Positions 49,621 to 62,587 of a stretch of DNA of 64,000 bases are shown piece after piece. Numbering within the stretch: the first letter of the stretch is position 1; each line of letters opens with the position of its first letter. The notes under the pieces were generated by a model. That model saw only the letters and a list, made by a program, of their open reading frames with translations. It made no database searches and was not told where the DNA came from. The translations under genes were made by a program, and so were the position numbers. The DNA is from Octopus sinensis (lineage: Eukaryota). Location: positions 127,348,001 to 127,412,000 of the forward strand of contig NC_042998.1 in assembly GCF_006345805.1 (NCBI RefSeq), in the 5' to 3' direction.

Positions 49621-51531
49621 AGTTGAATTTCTGCCACCCTTAGCAACTTACTGATATACTCGTGATAAAACAAATACAAATTTTAAATTAAATCAGAATC
49701 AAAACAGTTAGATATGAAGCATAATCTGAGGATACAGGTGTAAAAATTTGAAACTTCTATGTTGTCGAGAATCTATGTTATCAAATTGAACGATAAAATG
49801 TAATACTTAAATATGAATATAGCATGTTATTGAATCCGACCCGGTTCTTTACGCTTGTGTTATCATTAAGTTTCATATTAAAACAATAGATTTATAAGAA
49901 CTTTATAACATTCATGCAATAAACTAAACAACAACCGCTTAAATAGTACATTTAAGCAACTTCGGGTATAACAAATAGATGCCTTTTGCATACAGTCCAA
50001 AATATACGACGTCAATTCAACTTAGCAATGCTATTTATATTCAAATGAAAGAAATATATTTCTTTCATACATCAAATAGCATTTCATGTCGTGTTTGTCT
50101 CAGAAAGAAAAAATGTCCATGATGTTTTTCGAATAGAATACCTATAAAAATTTGTTCGTATTAATAAAAACAGATTAGTAATGAAATAGAAGCAATATAA
50201 AATAATATAAAATTTCACCGCAAATTATTGTACACATATGCAATGACATAGCTCTGACATGTCTTTAAAAATATTGCATGAAAGCCAAAGAAACCAAATC
50301 CATTATTCATTAATGTTCAGTATTTCTTTATGCATATTTCATAGAATATCGAAATAAAAAATATGATTGTGTATGATACTTTTTTCCAATATGGATATAG
50401 GAGTGGCAGAGAGAGATACCGATTCTGCAGCAAAATTTTACTTCCAGTAGATACTGATTCTACAATAGTTATCGTGTGAGCACACAGGCAAAGGATAAAA
50501 CTTCAAATAGTCCCATTAATCTTTCACTGATGCCAGCAAAGATGATCTCTCGTATATAGATACCTCAGATCACAAACGACAATTGGCAATTGGTTCTACA
50601 GGGCATGTTTCATATATATTTACCTTGCTATTTCAATTTCTCATTAAGAATCACCAATGATATTATTTTATTCAGTGTGTGCCATAGGTTCAGTAATCAA
50701 AATGTTTACAATATCAGTGTTACTTTTGCTTTCTGAAAATGTAGTGGGTTACTCGTGTTAATACAACCTAAAAGCGATGTAAATAGTTTACGATGTCAGT
50801 GGCAATGATATAGATGCATAGTAATTCTTGTAGAAGTGTAACAACTGTTTCAAAAATTATTGTAGTGGTAGTAGGCATGTTTGCCTTTGTGTTAGTTCTT
50901 CTTTCTTTAGTGATGCTAGACACGCTTTATATATTGCATCCATGACGCTTTATATATATTGCATTCATGTTGCATTTAAGAGGTGGAAAGGCTGATGAAT
51001 CATTGACACTACGAAACCTTGATAGCGTCACCCCTTATCTTGATATGTTACACCACCAAAGTCAAAATAAACATTAGAGATTGAAGCAGTATTACTGGCG
51101 AATATTCCATTACTTCGCAGAGATAATATCTTATCTTAAGTAAAAAGGAAATTGGTTCAAAATTATTTATAGATCCTTTCATTCGGGAATATATATATTA
51201 TTGCATGTGCCTCCAAAGGTGAATGACAGATGAATGAGTTACCGAAAATGATAATGCAGGGGCATTTGATAAGACTTGAAGCTCCAAAATACTAGCAGGG
51301 CACAATATGTGTACAAATGGTCCTAATGCCATAAAACGTGATTCTTTAGTATTTTTTAGGCATGTATTAACTAATTATGAGATAATCAACTTGCGTAAAT
51401 AATTAATTTAATTAGACTTTAAGTTCCAGTAATGAATTACATTGACTATTACTCTTTAGACACAAGTCTAAATGAAAACTTAAGAAAAATAACGTGTATG
51501 GAAAAACAAATTAAGAAGCTTTAATTAGATA

Positions 51532-51932
51532 GGCGCAGGAGTGGCTGTGTGGTAAGTAGCTTGCTTACCAACCACATGGTTCCGGGTTCAGTTCCACTGC
51601 GTGGCACCTTGGGCAAGTGTCTTCTGCTATAGCCCCGGACCAACCAGTGCCGTGTGAGTGGATTTGGTAGACGGAAACTGAAAGGAGCATGTCGTATATA
51701 TTTATATGTATGTGTGTGTATATGTTTGTATGTCTGTGTTTGTCACCCTAGCATTGCTTGACAACCGATGCTGGTGTGTTTACGTCCCCGTTACTTAGTG
51801 GTTCGGCAAAAGAGACCGATAGAATAAGTACTGGGCTTACAAAGAATAAATCCCGGGGTCGATTTGCTCGACTAAAGGCGGTGCTCCAGCATAGCCGCGG
51901 TCAAATGACTGAAACAAGTAAAAGAGTAAAAG
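51532..51932 (+). mobile_element. SINE family A, full length, inserted in the Academ left TIR
   Basis: AGATA duplicated at 51527-51531 and 51933-51937; removing the SINE restores alignment to the right TIR. Confidence 0.93.
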
Positions 51933-52989
51933 AGATACGTAATTAGGAATTAATTAAACTTTCTGTTCCATCGTCAATTACTTCGCAGAAATGTTCACTA
52001 AACCCAACTGAATCTGTTCATGTCTCTTAAGAACTATTTTAGGTATGGATTTCTAATTTAAGAAGCATTTTCTACTAATCACTATACACTAATTAAGAAA
52101 CATACAGAAACACTGTTTTCAAGCTACGTGATGAATGCAACATAGAAACATGTCTTAGACCCAGTTGACCCATGGAAGGAAGAAATTAAAAAACATACCA
52201 GGTATTGGAATACAATAAGAAATCTTTAATTAGATCTTTAATTGGTCTTGATTAGAGTTTCTGCTCCGGTGTAAATTCTTTCACAAAAATATTCGGCTCG
52301 TCAAACTGAATATAATCATAGTATATAAGAATGATAGATATGGATCCCTAATTTAAGAAGCATTTTGACTAATTAACATATCTTCCTCTATTGAATATAG
52401 AAAAACACTTTTAACTGAAACAAATGTTGATTTTCCATTGCATGGCTTCGGAATCCTTCATCCATTACTGATGCTGACTTCTGTCAACATATAATACATG
52501 TCACTTTCGTTCATTCGAATAAAATTAATTTTTAAAGCAGTAATGTTTCTCTTAAAGGTGATTTGTCCCGTCAAACACTTCACAAAAATGGAAACTGACT
52601 GTTACAAACAAAAAAAAATGGATTAAAACTACAAAAAAGGGCAACTTGCCCCTTGGAGAGAAATGTCACATAAATGCAAACTGACCATTAGAAACCAACG
52701 ACGAATTGAAACGTTCACGTACAATGTGGCAGCTTTGGCCTGTTGGCAAAACCGCGGCTTACAAACCAAGATTTGATTGAAAGTATAATAGTAAGCATCG
52801 AAACCCCTTACTCGCATTGTTGGAATTAACAGTTTTATATGATGATCAAATATGTAAATACTTAACGCTAGATATTCAAATTCTCGCACTGCCTCTAAAC
52901 GACACATACGCCATGACATTTTTAATCTACCATTACGTCTACACTAAAGAGTAGAGGCATTGGTACATGACGCCCCATTATCCAGACGG

Positions 52990-55900
52990 CTGCAGTGTGT
53001 ATTCTATTCTGTACCGGAGTCTGACTGCTCGTCACCAGAGGATACGGTCAACATGGTATCATCCTCGTCATCACTGAACTCGTCAATGGGCAGACTGGCA
53101 GGCAGTTGCTCGCCTTGGAACCAGATGACTGTGGACTCGTTAACGATCAGTTCCCATCCGTACTGCGGTTGCTGTTCAAGCAACAAATGTCCGGCATCTC
53201 TCCACAAGTTCGCAACGAATCTTGCACGTTGGTATTGTTACAAAAGTTCATTGCAGCACGCTGGTAGACTGCTTGCGTCGATTCTCTTTAGTTTCTCGAG
53301 TGGATATTTTACTTTAACGCATGGAAATAATGCTTTCTGGAAGACTGCGTAACGAACGTCGTTGATGCTGGTACAGCTTATTTGGCGATATATGTGACAG
53401 ATATATTTTTCTATAACGGTGAATGTTTCCAGGTCTGGGTCAGCATCGTCTAGCTCGGCAAATGCATACTGGAATTCTGTGTTCTGCTCAAGGATTTGAA
53501 GAGGCCCTATCTATCCTTGCCTGTCAAAAGAGATGTGTAGTCACAGCTTGTAGATGCGTGAAATCCAGGCAGAGCGTTGCACATAAGAGGGCCAATCGAT
53601 GCTGCTATCTGCAACAGGTTGACGTACCGTGGTGTGTTCTGGCCGCTCGTTTCCACTTCCATCCGTACTGTAGCCTTCACTTTCTCGAGATGATATAGCA
53701 TGATTACAGCGACATCGGTATCAGACGCACGGATGACAATTTCTTCATGGTCTTGTGCCATGTGCAGTACACCACACGTGTATCTCCCTCATCATGGTTG
53801 CAGTCCAGTTCTGGAGCTCTCTCTCCCTCTCTCGAATCATGGCGCCATGATTATTACGGTACCTCCAGTACTGACTTCCAGCACCGACGTACATGGTTAG
53901 AGTACTCAGAATCGACGAGTCTTTTTCCCACTCTTGGGCATTGCCTCGGAAAACTTGGCTGTTACCTGGTCTGGTCCCACTATAGTGAAGGTAATCTCGT
54001 TTGCATTTGTACGTCCACGTTCAGCCTCTTTTCTTTGATGGCAGGTAACCGTTGAGTGTCGAACACAATGTCAACACATTGGTGACTAAGCCAAGGAGTG
54101 ACCGGGCTAATCCGCCGAATGTCTTTGGTAATTTGGATGGCATGACGTGTAACAAAAAGTTCCCGTCGATCACAGAAGGCGTTTGGCTGCTTGTTTGACG
54201 AACTTGCGTGGCTCTCGAGATATCTGAACAACTTGCTTTTATCGGTTTTCGTCATTGTACCGTCGCTGCAACAGAGCGCCAACGGAACAGGCGTAATTGG
54301 GTATGTGAGAACATGCTTGAGGTTCAATTTCTCTTTCGCTGAGATGATCAACATTCTACCCATCAAGTCACGCGTGCATTTCATTCGTTGTAATCTTTCG
54401 TTCTTTGATCGCCGATTTCCAACGCTATCACTTGCGAAGGTTTTAATCATTATCTTTCGCAGTGGCTTTTCGAATCGTGCTAGGCTTTCAGCGAATTCCA
54501 CAACGAATATTTTGTGCATGTTTCTGCCAGTCGCTCGAACATCGGGCAGACTTTCATATTTTCACTGCATGCCTTTCCCGTATGTATGTTGATCAGGTCA
54601 GTCGTGTTCGTAATGGTGAAAGGGTTACAGATTTTTCTATCTGCGCGATCATTTCTTCAAAATCTGATCGGTCTCGCTCGACTCCTGCAGGTCGCTGCTC
54701 AGCTGCAGTTGATTATGTGGTTCCCATCCCTGTCATCTCCATCAGATCAGTTACAATAGAAGCTCGAGATGACTTTGTGAACATCCAACGGAGTCTGGTT
54801 GCATAGTTGTTCGTCATAGCTGAGAACCCCGTGAGCCGACAAGCAGCATCAGCATTGATTGTCTGTTCCAGTATTAGATCGATAGGACACCTTGAGAAAG
54901 AATTACTGGTTTTGCAAATAGTGAACCCACCACGATCAAGCAAGCCTCTTAATCCAGGGTGTGTCTCGTCTATGTTCATGAGATCTTGCTTCGTCATATA
55001 CCTAGCGTAGTTCTGTCGACCGGTTGCGAACAGCAACAGTGAGAGCGTCTATGAACAAGTCAACATCGTTTGTTCTGATGGCACGATCGAGTACATGATA
55101 ATCATGTATTCTTTCGATGTAATCCATCCAGAATTGAGCGGTAGGTCCTCGAGCCCCATCCTTTGTCTCTTCCGAAAATTTTTATGTACTCAGAGATGAC
55201 TTTCTCCAACAGATCGGAAGCAACAGCGCAAGTTGGGGGACCGAGTGCCTCTTTCAGCGCAAGCTGGGCTTCGATGTCGTCAGTTTCATAGCTTTGAAGA
55301 AATGATCGGATGCAGCCGCTTACATCTGTTGAAATGAGTGCCAGACTCGAATCCCTTCAACGATCCAGGAGCAAGTACATTGTCGCACTCTGTAAGGATT
55401 CATGGACCATCTGACTCGGCCAATAGTTTGCCAATTGCCTTGAAACTGCAGATCTGAAGATGAAACTGGCCGGACATTATGAATACGTTGTCGAAGGTCG
55501 GACTTTCGGTGTCTTGGATTCTGATGGCAGGTTTCGCTATTGCGAGGTCGTATGTCACAATACCATACTGTTGGTTGCATTCCAGAGCGCATTTCTGCGT
55601 CAGTCGTAGAGTTTCAGTCACAACATCCAAACTGGTCGGGGAATGACTGATGTTAGGCATGTAGAAGATCTGTCTTGGAATTGTGTCCGTGTGATACCTG
55701 GAATTGAATGCACCCCACATTGGTGTTCCACCTATTTTGAAGGCGTGGCTCATCATGTACACGTAATCTGCCTTGTGAGCTTTCAGCATTGTCGCAATGG
55801 ATCTGTCCCACACGTTTGTCTTACTGTAACAAAACGATTTCACTCTTGGTGTCTTCCTGTAGGGCAGAAGTGCAGTCTCGTCTGTATCCAACTTTCTCCT

Positions 55901-56600
55901 TTTCTGTGGTTTCTCTCAAGAAGTCGAGACTATCCGTTCTGACGCATCACGCCGTCCTCGATCTGTTTCATCTTCGTTTTGGTAAAGGATGCCTGTCGTA
56001 TCGTGTAAGGAATTTGCACCTGATAGAGTGTAGGTGTATTCGTCATAATTATCATAGACATTCCCCATTACTCGGTTTGGTTGTTCACTCTCGGGGATGA
56101 TGGTCTACTTCTCATTGTGGGCAAAGGGCAACTCAGTCTCTAGTTCCTCTGCGCAATGATAATTGATGCTGTAGCCATAACAGTTCAAGAGGGTGACCAC
56201 ATTTCTGCTGCCTGTCATAGATTTCATACCTATACCCATTGCGATGTGTTCGCGGGGATTGATTGCTCCATGCGTAACGACAAACAAGGCATCCTGACTA
56301 GCAGCATCAGCACGACGAATTGTACTTGCCAAAACCACCATAAAAATTCCGGTAGAAAATCTTCACCAACTCAGTAGGATGCCCTTCTCCGTGCAGTAAA
56401 GCATCTGTGGTCAGTGGATAGTTCAGATTTCGCTTTTTCACACTCTTCAATTCCTTCCGGAGCAACAGCACCGCCTGGTTGAGGATATGCTATGGGGAGG
56501 AAGTGAAATCAAACGCTGTTCTTACCGCGTCCTCTTGGACTGCAGCTGAATAGACTACCACACCTAATTTCTTACCCTTGGGCGATTGTACTTTGATATT
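52990..56600 (-). pseudogene. Academ transposase-XPG protein, multiply frameshifted
   Basis: Collinear ORF fragments 56341..56105, 55891..55400, 55036..54713, 54519..53980, 53761..53507, 53207..53004. Confidence 0.85.
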
Positions 56601-58569
56601 GTCTTCGAATTTTCGCACGATCCATATACTCAAATACTGAACTGTTGAAAATGAATCAACATCGGAGCAGAAACTCTAATTAAGACATAATTAACGATCT
56701 AATTAAAAGGTTTCTTATTGTCTTCAAATGCCTGGGATGTTTCTTAATTTCTTCCTTTCATGTTAACTGGGTCTAAGACACGTTTGTATGTTGCATTCAT
56801 CACGTAGCTTGAAAACAGTGTTTCTCTATATTTATCCTTAATTAGTGTATAGTGATTAGTGAAAAATACTTCTTAAATTAGAAATCCATACCTAAAATGG
56901 TTCTTAAGTGACATGAATAGATTCAGTTGGGTTTAGTGAACAATTCTGTGAAGTAATTGACGCTGGAGCAGAAAGTCTACTTAATTCCTAATTAAGTGTC
57001 TAATTAAAACTTCTTAATTTGTCTTTACATTCTCCTTTTTATTTTCTTAAGTTTTCATTTAAGTATCACTTGTGTCTAAGGAGTAATATTCAATAGGATT
57101 CATTACTGGAGCTTAAAGTTTAATTAAATTAGTTATTTACGCAAGTTGACTATCTCATAATTAGTTAATCCATAACTAAGCATACTAAAGAATCATGTTT
57201 CATGGTATTAGGACCATTTGTACACATATTGTGCCTTGTCAGTATTTTAGAGCCAGGACTGGCTCTCAGTCTATGATGTATTATATGTATACGTCTATGT
57301 GTTTCAAAATGTTTTTCTTGACTTCAAAATATCTATCTGTTATATCTGGTCACGAACACACTTGGCGTCTGAAAATACTTCGAGTGCCCTAGACGTTTGG
57401 AAATCAATCTGGCAGTTTGAACTCCGTTAAAAACCGCCAGACAAGGAGAACAGCAAATCTAAACAGAAAAAAAAACTGTCAACGCCTCATTTCTCACCTT
57501 CTTTGCGAAAAGATTTGGAGAAGAATACTTGTGTTCAGAAGCGGCAAATATTGTTGTACGTTTTCCTATTCTCGTTATGATTCGCAGAACATCAACTAAA
57601 TTAACATAAAGTAGCTAAATAACGTAGAAAAATGCAATTATTCACATGATGCATACTTGAAAGTTGATGCTGTTGTAGCCCTGAGTACCATCCTTACAAA
57701 AAGGTAACCATTTGAAAGTAACTTTGAAAAAAACCAAGTTTATCTGTATTTATTTAACTTTTCATGATCTGGCATCCAAATATTTCACGAAGGTTACTCC
57801 AGCCCTACATTCGCTGACTTCAAGTGCGAAGCATTAACTCGGGATTTTTTAGATTTATTTGAAACTATGTACTATAGGTTCACACAGAAGCTATCATAAC
57901 TCGCCTATATAAAAACAAATGTTTGATAAGCCACTGCCATACTACGTAAATGAAGGCGAAATATTTGTGAGTACTACTAGTTAAAGGAATATTATCTTTG
58001 TTTCTCTTGATTCATAATGAAAATTTTATATTAGACGTGGCACTATTGCCTGTTGAGGCAGTTGAAATTTCGCTTTTCTATCGACACTTCTCTTGTTTTC
58101 CTCTAATTTTCCACTAATCTTTTCCCACTTATATTTCGCACCAGATTAGTGAAAGACTAAGTTCAACATAATCATTGTTTCTAGATTCAAAAGGTTAGAC
58201 ATGCAGACCATGATCATTAATTCTCCACAGCACTGTCTCGGTCATCAAGACTATTGTGCATCAAGACTCTATCCCTTTCGAAAAAAGAATAATCTTTACT
58301 ACAAAATTTGTAACTATTGGGGAAAAAGGAATTCATCGGAAAAATCTGTTGACTGAAACTGTATTACTGTTACTTCATTATCCGTGTATTTGTATTTTTC
58401 TCTGTATCCACCGACAAACGTTATAATGCAATAATTATTAAAGTCTTTTATCAACCACAAGTCGTTTCCGAGCGTAGCCATTTTTACATACATACGCGCA
58501 TATATAAATACGTAAATGCCCACAGACATACATACATGTATACACATGCATATATATATATATATATCT

Positions 58570-59196
58570 TATTCATATTATTATATGATCAGACGCCATG
58601 CATCCATTTCCAATTAAGTTTTATCATAATAATTTGATGCAACTCTACCCTGTACAGTTCTCTTTCTCCCCTTAACCGTTTTCTATCTGTCTCTCTTTCT
58701 CTCTCCCTGTTCCTCTTTTACTCTCTCGTTGCTCATACGTGACCATCCTCCATCTTCCTTTTCTTCAGGTGATGATCTTTCAGTTCTTTCGGTCTCTCGC
58801 ACAGACCAGACACATTCTGGTCTGTCTCCCCTCCTATCTTTTCTCCTGTCAAAGAATATTCCTCCAGTGTTAGCCACCTTACCTCGTATGGCTTAGCGGC
58901 CCTCACTGTTTGTGTTCATTGTCCTGATTTTGTTACCAACTTTCACCCTCCGTAAATCCCAAATTTTATTTTGGTTCGCGGGAGCAACTGTTTTATCAAA
59001 GGCCTATATTGTCACGAATTGGTCGAAATGTGGAGTAGATAAACAGACGACAACTGATGAAGGGTCGTTTTTTATATTACCTGTCTTGTTTTCCATTTGT
59101 TTCTTTCGTTATTCTCATACAAAAGCTTGTCTACGTATTTCACGTTTTCCTATTTCGTATTTCCTGTTATTTACGTTTTGTGACGTCCTGTACTCA
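58570..59196 (+). mobile_element. Family H repeat carrying a permuted hammerhead
   Basis: Head tattatatgatcagacgccatgcatccatttcc; tail GTCCTGTACTCA; ATGCA(TA)n on both sides. Confidence 0.7.
58988..59068 (+). ncRNA. Non-circularly permuted hammerhead candidate
   Basis: CCUAU-A|UUGUC-ACGA..GGUC-GAAA-UGUGG..GACAA-CUGAUGA-AGGGUCGU; extended stem III CUGUUUUAUC/GAUAAACAG. Confidence 0.6.
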
Positions 59197-59231
59197 TATA
59201 TGCATATATATATATATATATATATATACAT

Positions 59232-59430
59232 ACTCTTTTACTTATTTCAGTCATTTGACTGCAGCCATGCTGGAGCACCCCGTTTATAGTCGAGCAAATC
59301 GACCCCACAGATTATTCTTTGTAAGCCTAGTACTTACTCTATCGGTTTCTTTTGCCGAACCTTTAAGTTACGGGGACGTAAACACACCAGCATCGGTTGT
59401 CAAGCGATAGTGGAGGGACAGACACAAAAA
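59232..59430 (-). mobile_element. SINE family A, 3' half
   Basis: cttttacttatttcagtcatttgactgcagccatgctggagcacc. Confidence 0.9.
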
Positions 59431-59528
59431 CATACACAACGTATATATCTATATATATATATATATATAAAACATTATTGGTGAATTGAAAAATGGAGCT
59501 GAACGCAGATTGAACAGAAATCGTTTTA

Positions 59529-59618
59529 TTTCATTCTACACGTGTTTCGAAAGGCACAAATTACCAAAATCCGATTGAATAATCGGACCATATTGTGTCT
59601 TTCTCTTCAGGAAGAAAA
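59529..59618 (-). ncRNA. Type I hammerhead ribozyme, intact, in the 3' region of the PLE at 60215
   Basis: UUUUCUUC-CUGAAGA-GAAAGACACAA...UUGUGCCUUUC-GAAAC-acgu-GUA|GAAUGAAA; palindromic stem-loop III. Confidence 0.88.
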
Positions 59619-60214
59619 AAGGAAATCCGTTGGAAAAACAAAAACAGAACAGAGGCGGAGCAAAAACAAATCGAACTATGCTCCTAAGAGCCCATGGCGA
59701 AACTGTTTATCAGTGTATGTTGAGAACCGGTGGCTGAAGAATTCAACGGGTCAGGCATCGGTCAATCATGTGGGTGAGGGTGTATAGATGTTCTTAGTGA
59801 CCGAGAATAAAGTTCTGACTATTTAAGGAATATTGGATGTTTTATAAGGGGCGAGAAAAAATCTACTTAGAGACGTGTGTGTGTGTATACTGTTCTATAT
59901 ATGTGTGTGTTGGCGTAGGGGTAGAAAACATTTTTTGTGTACGTGTGTGCGTTTGATCGTTCGGCTGTCAGTGGCTACTGCCGAAAGAACCGTTGGGTGG
60001 CAGAAAGAAAAAAATATATATATATATTATGTTTTATGTGTGTGTGTGTTTTCATCTAAGCCTGCCTTGTCAAGGAAACCCCCCGCTGTGAAAAAACCAA
60101 GCCCCGTTTGTCTTACAGGAGTAATTCCCCTTGCAGTGGTTAATCGTAGATATCTTAAAGGCTATTTCAGAATTTGTTACCAAGGGCTATGGGTGCCGGT
60201 ATTATTTATAAACG

Positions 60215-62035
60215 CTATTTAAAAGCCAGATAAGTGTAACGCCGCCAATGGGGACATCGAAAAGCCGACTGTAAGAGCCCGTTTACCATCCGGCCTCTGG
60301 CAAACAAAATATGGAAGAGTTCGGAGACACAAAGGTTGCACTGTCTTCTGCCCCTATCAAATGGGAGGGCCACCGACAAAATTGACCATTCCAGCCTATA
60401 GCTTAAGTTCGTACCCTTCAGTCGCCATATTAGCTTACTGAGTCCCGTGGTCTGGCGCTTGTTCATGTCCCGAAAAGTTGCGTAATGGTTGGAGACACGC
60501 AAAGACAATCTTGAGGATGATGCCCCTACATAAGTGAAGACATCTGAGTCCGTGTAAACCTTGCATTGGTAGACGGCGTTTTTGATCTTGGAGTTCGCCG
60601 ACGTGAATCTTATTCTGCTAGGATTAGTTTCTGAAATTAGAACTGCGTTCCTGTCACTATATTCGTTCCGAGACCTGCAGCCGCTTACTACTCTATTTTC
60701 CACTACGTCACTATTAACTATAGGAATAACCCCTGATTCTCCACTATCTATCAGAGTGCTGTCATTGCTACTGCCCGTGGTGCTGCTATTGCGGGAAATG
60801 ATGCTGGGGATGCTATTGGGGCTCACTACCCTACTCCCATTGTTACCGTCAACCACAACACCCCTATTTATAACTATACCCCTAGTGGGTACTCCCTGGC
60901 TGGAGCTGAGATTATGTGTCACTGTACTGGCTCTCATATCATTATTACTACTATAATTATTCCTACTGAGCATTAAACCGGGAGCGGAAGAGGCTGTGCC
61001 TCCGGAAAAAGGTGATAGGGTCTTAGTAAGTAGCCTATTATTATGGGAGGCGATTATCTGGGCGAGGTTTTTAGTGTTGGAGAAAGCTATCCTAACTTTA
61101 TGCGAGTTAACCGTGGAGTAATATTTGGAATTTCTGGGGAAGTTATTGGCGATGGCTTGTCTAAACATGAGGGGGAGGTTAGTTCTAATCTGCTTACCAA
61201 AGGGGATTACAAACCATATATGCTTATTCCTATCAGTGTGATGGGTCGGGACGCCAGCTCTCGCATTCGGGTGGGTGATTCTCGGATGAATAACGGGTCT
61301 TGGGTTAGTGTGAGACCTCCCGGACCGATAATTATCCTTGTTCGCTAAATTAAATGCGGGAGCGACTACCCCGGCATCCGCCGCGCTCCCGTCCTTACTT
61401 AAAATGTTAATGTTATTATATACGGCCCTATCCTGATGACCGAATGATGGCATCGGAAGGGCCGGATCAATATAAATTACCTTCTGCCTATAACCGGCCT
61501 TGGATAGTGCGGCGTTATAAAATTCCGCTTTCTGCATAAAAATATCGGCACTGGCGGACAAGCCAGACAATCTTAGAGAGATGTTTTTAACCAAATTGTC
61601 TGTTACGGTTTTGGCATGATTTGAGAAGACACTGACATACTTCAAATTAGTGGAAGGCTTATGGTAAGGGCAGTATGAGTCGCTATTAAGGTTAAGTGTA
61701 ACGTCTAGGAAATTAGCCTTGGTGAGTTCATTATCAAAAACTATACTCATGCCCATTCTATTAAAAAACCTAGCTAACCTGCTCTTAGTTTTCTGCACTA
61801 TTCTGTTCGTGGTGTTTTGCAGGTAAAACAGACAATCGTCACGATACAGGCCGCCCGCGATCTCCGGGAATTGGTCGGACAATTCGTAGAGAATATATAT
61901 TCCGACCAAATCGGCTATCTGCGCACTATCCGAACTACCCATAGGCACATCAAATTCATTGGGAGTATCTTTACGGATCCACAACTTATTATCAAAACTT
62001 ATTATATATATATAATTATTATACAACTTATACAA
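60215..62035 (-). CDS. PLE ORF, 5'-truncated: RT (YRDD) plus long linkers plus GIY-YIG
   Basis: FDVPMGSSDSAQIADLVG, GLYRDD, NFLDVTLNL, AVYQC..YVGAS, CNLCVSE..CPH; the first ~10 codons are flanking microsatellite. Confidence 0.93.
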   Translation of the reverse strand: MYKLYNNYIYIISFDNKLWIRKDTPNEFDVPMGSSDSAQIADLVGIYILYELSDQFPEIAGGLYRDDCLFYLQNTTNRIVQKTKSRLARFFNRMGMSIVFDNELTKANFLDVTLNLNSDSYCPYHKPSTNLKYVSVFSNHAKTVTDNLVKNISLRLSGLSASADIFMQKAEFYNAALSKAGYRQKVIYIDPALPMPSFGHQDRAVYNNINILSKDGSAADAGVVAPAFNLANKDNYRSGRSHTNPRPVIHPRITHPNARAGVPTHHTDRNKHIWFVIPFGKQIRTNLPLMFRQAIANNFPRNSKYYSTVNSHKVRIAFSNTKNLAQIIASHNNRLLTKTLSPFSGGTASSAPGLMLSRNNYSSNNDMRASTVTHNLSSSQGVPTRGIVINRGVVVDGNNGSRVVSPNSIPSIISRNSSTTGSSNDSTLIDSGESGVIPIVNSDVVENRVVSGCRSRNEYSDRNAVLISETNPSRIRFTSANSKIKNAVYQCKVYTDSDVFTYVGASSSRLSLRVSNHYATFRDMNKRQTTGLSKLIWRLKGTNLSYRLEWSILSVALPFDRGRRQCNLCVSELFHILFARGRMVNGLLQSAFRCPHWRRYTYLAFK

Positions 62036-62119
62036 CTTATATACAACTTATTATATATATATATATATACAACTTATACAACTTATATATACAACTTATT
62101 ATATATATATATATATATA

Positions 62120-62285
62120 TACGACGGTCCTCTTCCAGTTTCCACCCACCGAATCCACTCACAAGGGTTTGGTCGACCCGAGGCTATAGTAGACGACACA
62201 TGACCAAACTGTCATGCAGTGGGACTGAACCCGGGTCCATGTAGTTGGTAAGCAAGGTACTTACCACCACACAGCGACTCCTGCG

Positions 62286-62288
<3 letters not shown>
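62120..62288 (-). mobile_element. SINE family A, 5' half
   Basis: gggactgaacccgg...ccacacagcgactcctgcgcc. Confidence 0.88.
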
Positions 62289-62325
<37 letters not shown>

Positions 62326-62544
62326 TAAAAAGAATTCCAACCTTGTCTGATTTTCACGTTTTATTTACAATCTTATAATGATATATTATAAGATAATATA
62401 TTATAATTGAATAAAATAAAATGAAATAGTAGAATGTTAAATATTCATTCTGATTGAACTAGTACTTTCATGCATTGAATTCTGCAATCTTCGGGTTCAT
62501 GTAGTAGTGTTGACAGTCATGCTTCACAATTTTTGACTGTGTAT

Positions 62545-62587
<43 letters not shown>

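Larger units (their letters stand above)
51281..57253 (-). mobile_element. Academ (XPG-type) DNA transposon, decayed, with ~590-bp TIRs
   Basis: TIRs 51281-52272 (SINE-interrupted) and 56659-57253; fragments DNYDE..LHDT, TYDLAIAK..GQFH, SDTDV..ALPGFHA.T.CD (XPG/FEN1-like). Confidence 0.85.

Noticed and set aside
50985-51035. CTGATGA...GAAAC...GTC
   Set aside because: No stem II, and the stem I partner is not adjacent to the core.
60582-61348. Antisense ORFs over the PLE (and over Dong and Academ)
   Set aside because: Shadow frames of the real coding strand.
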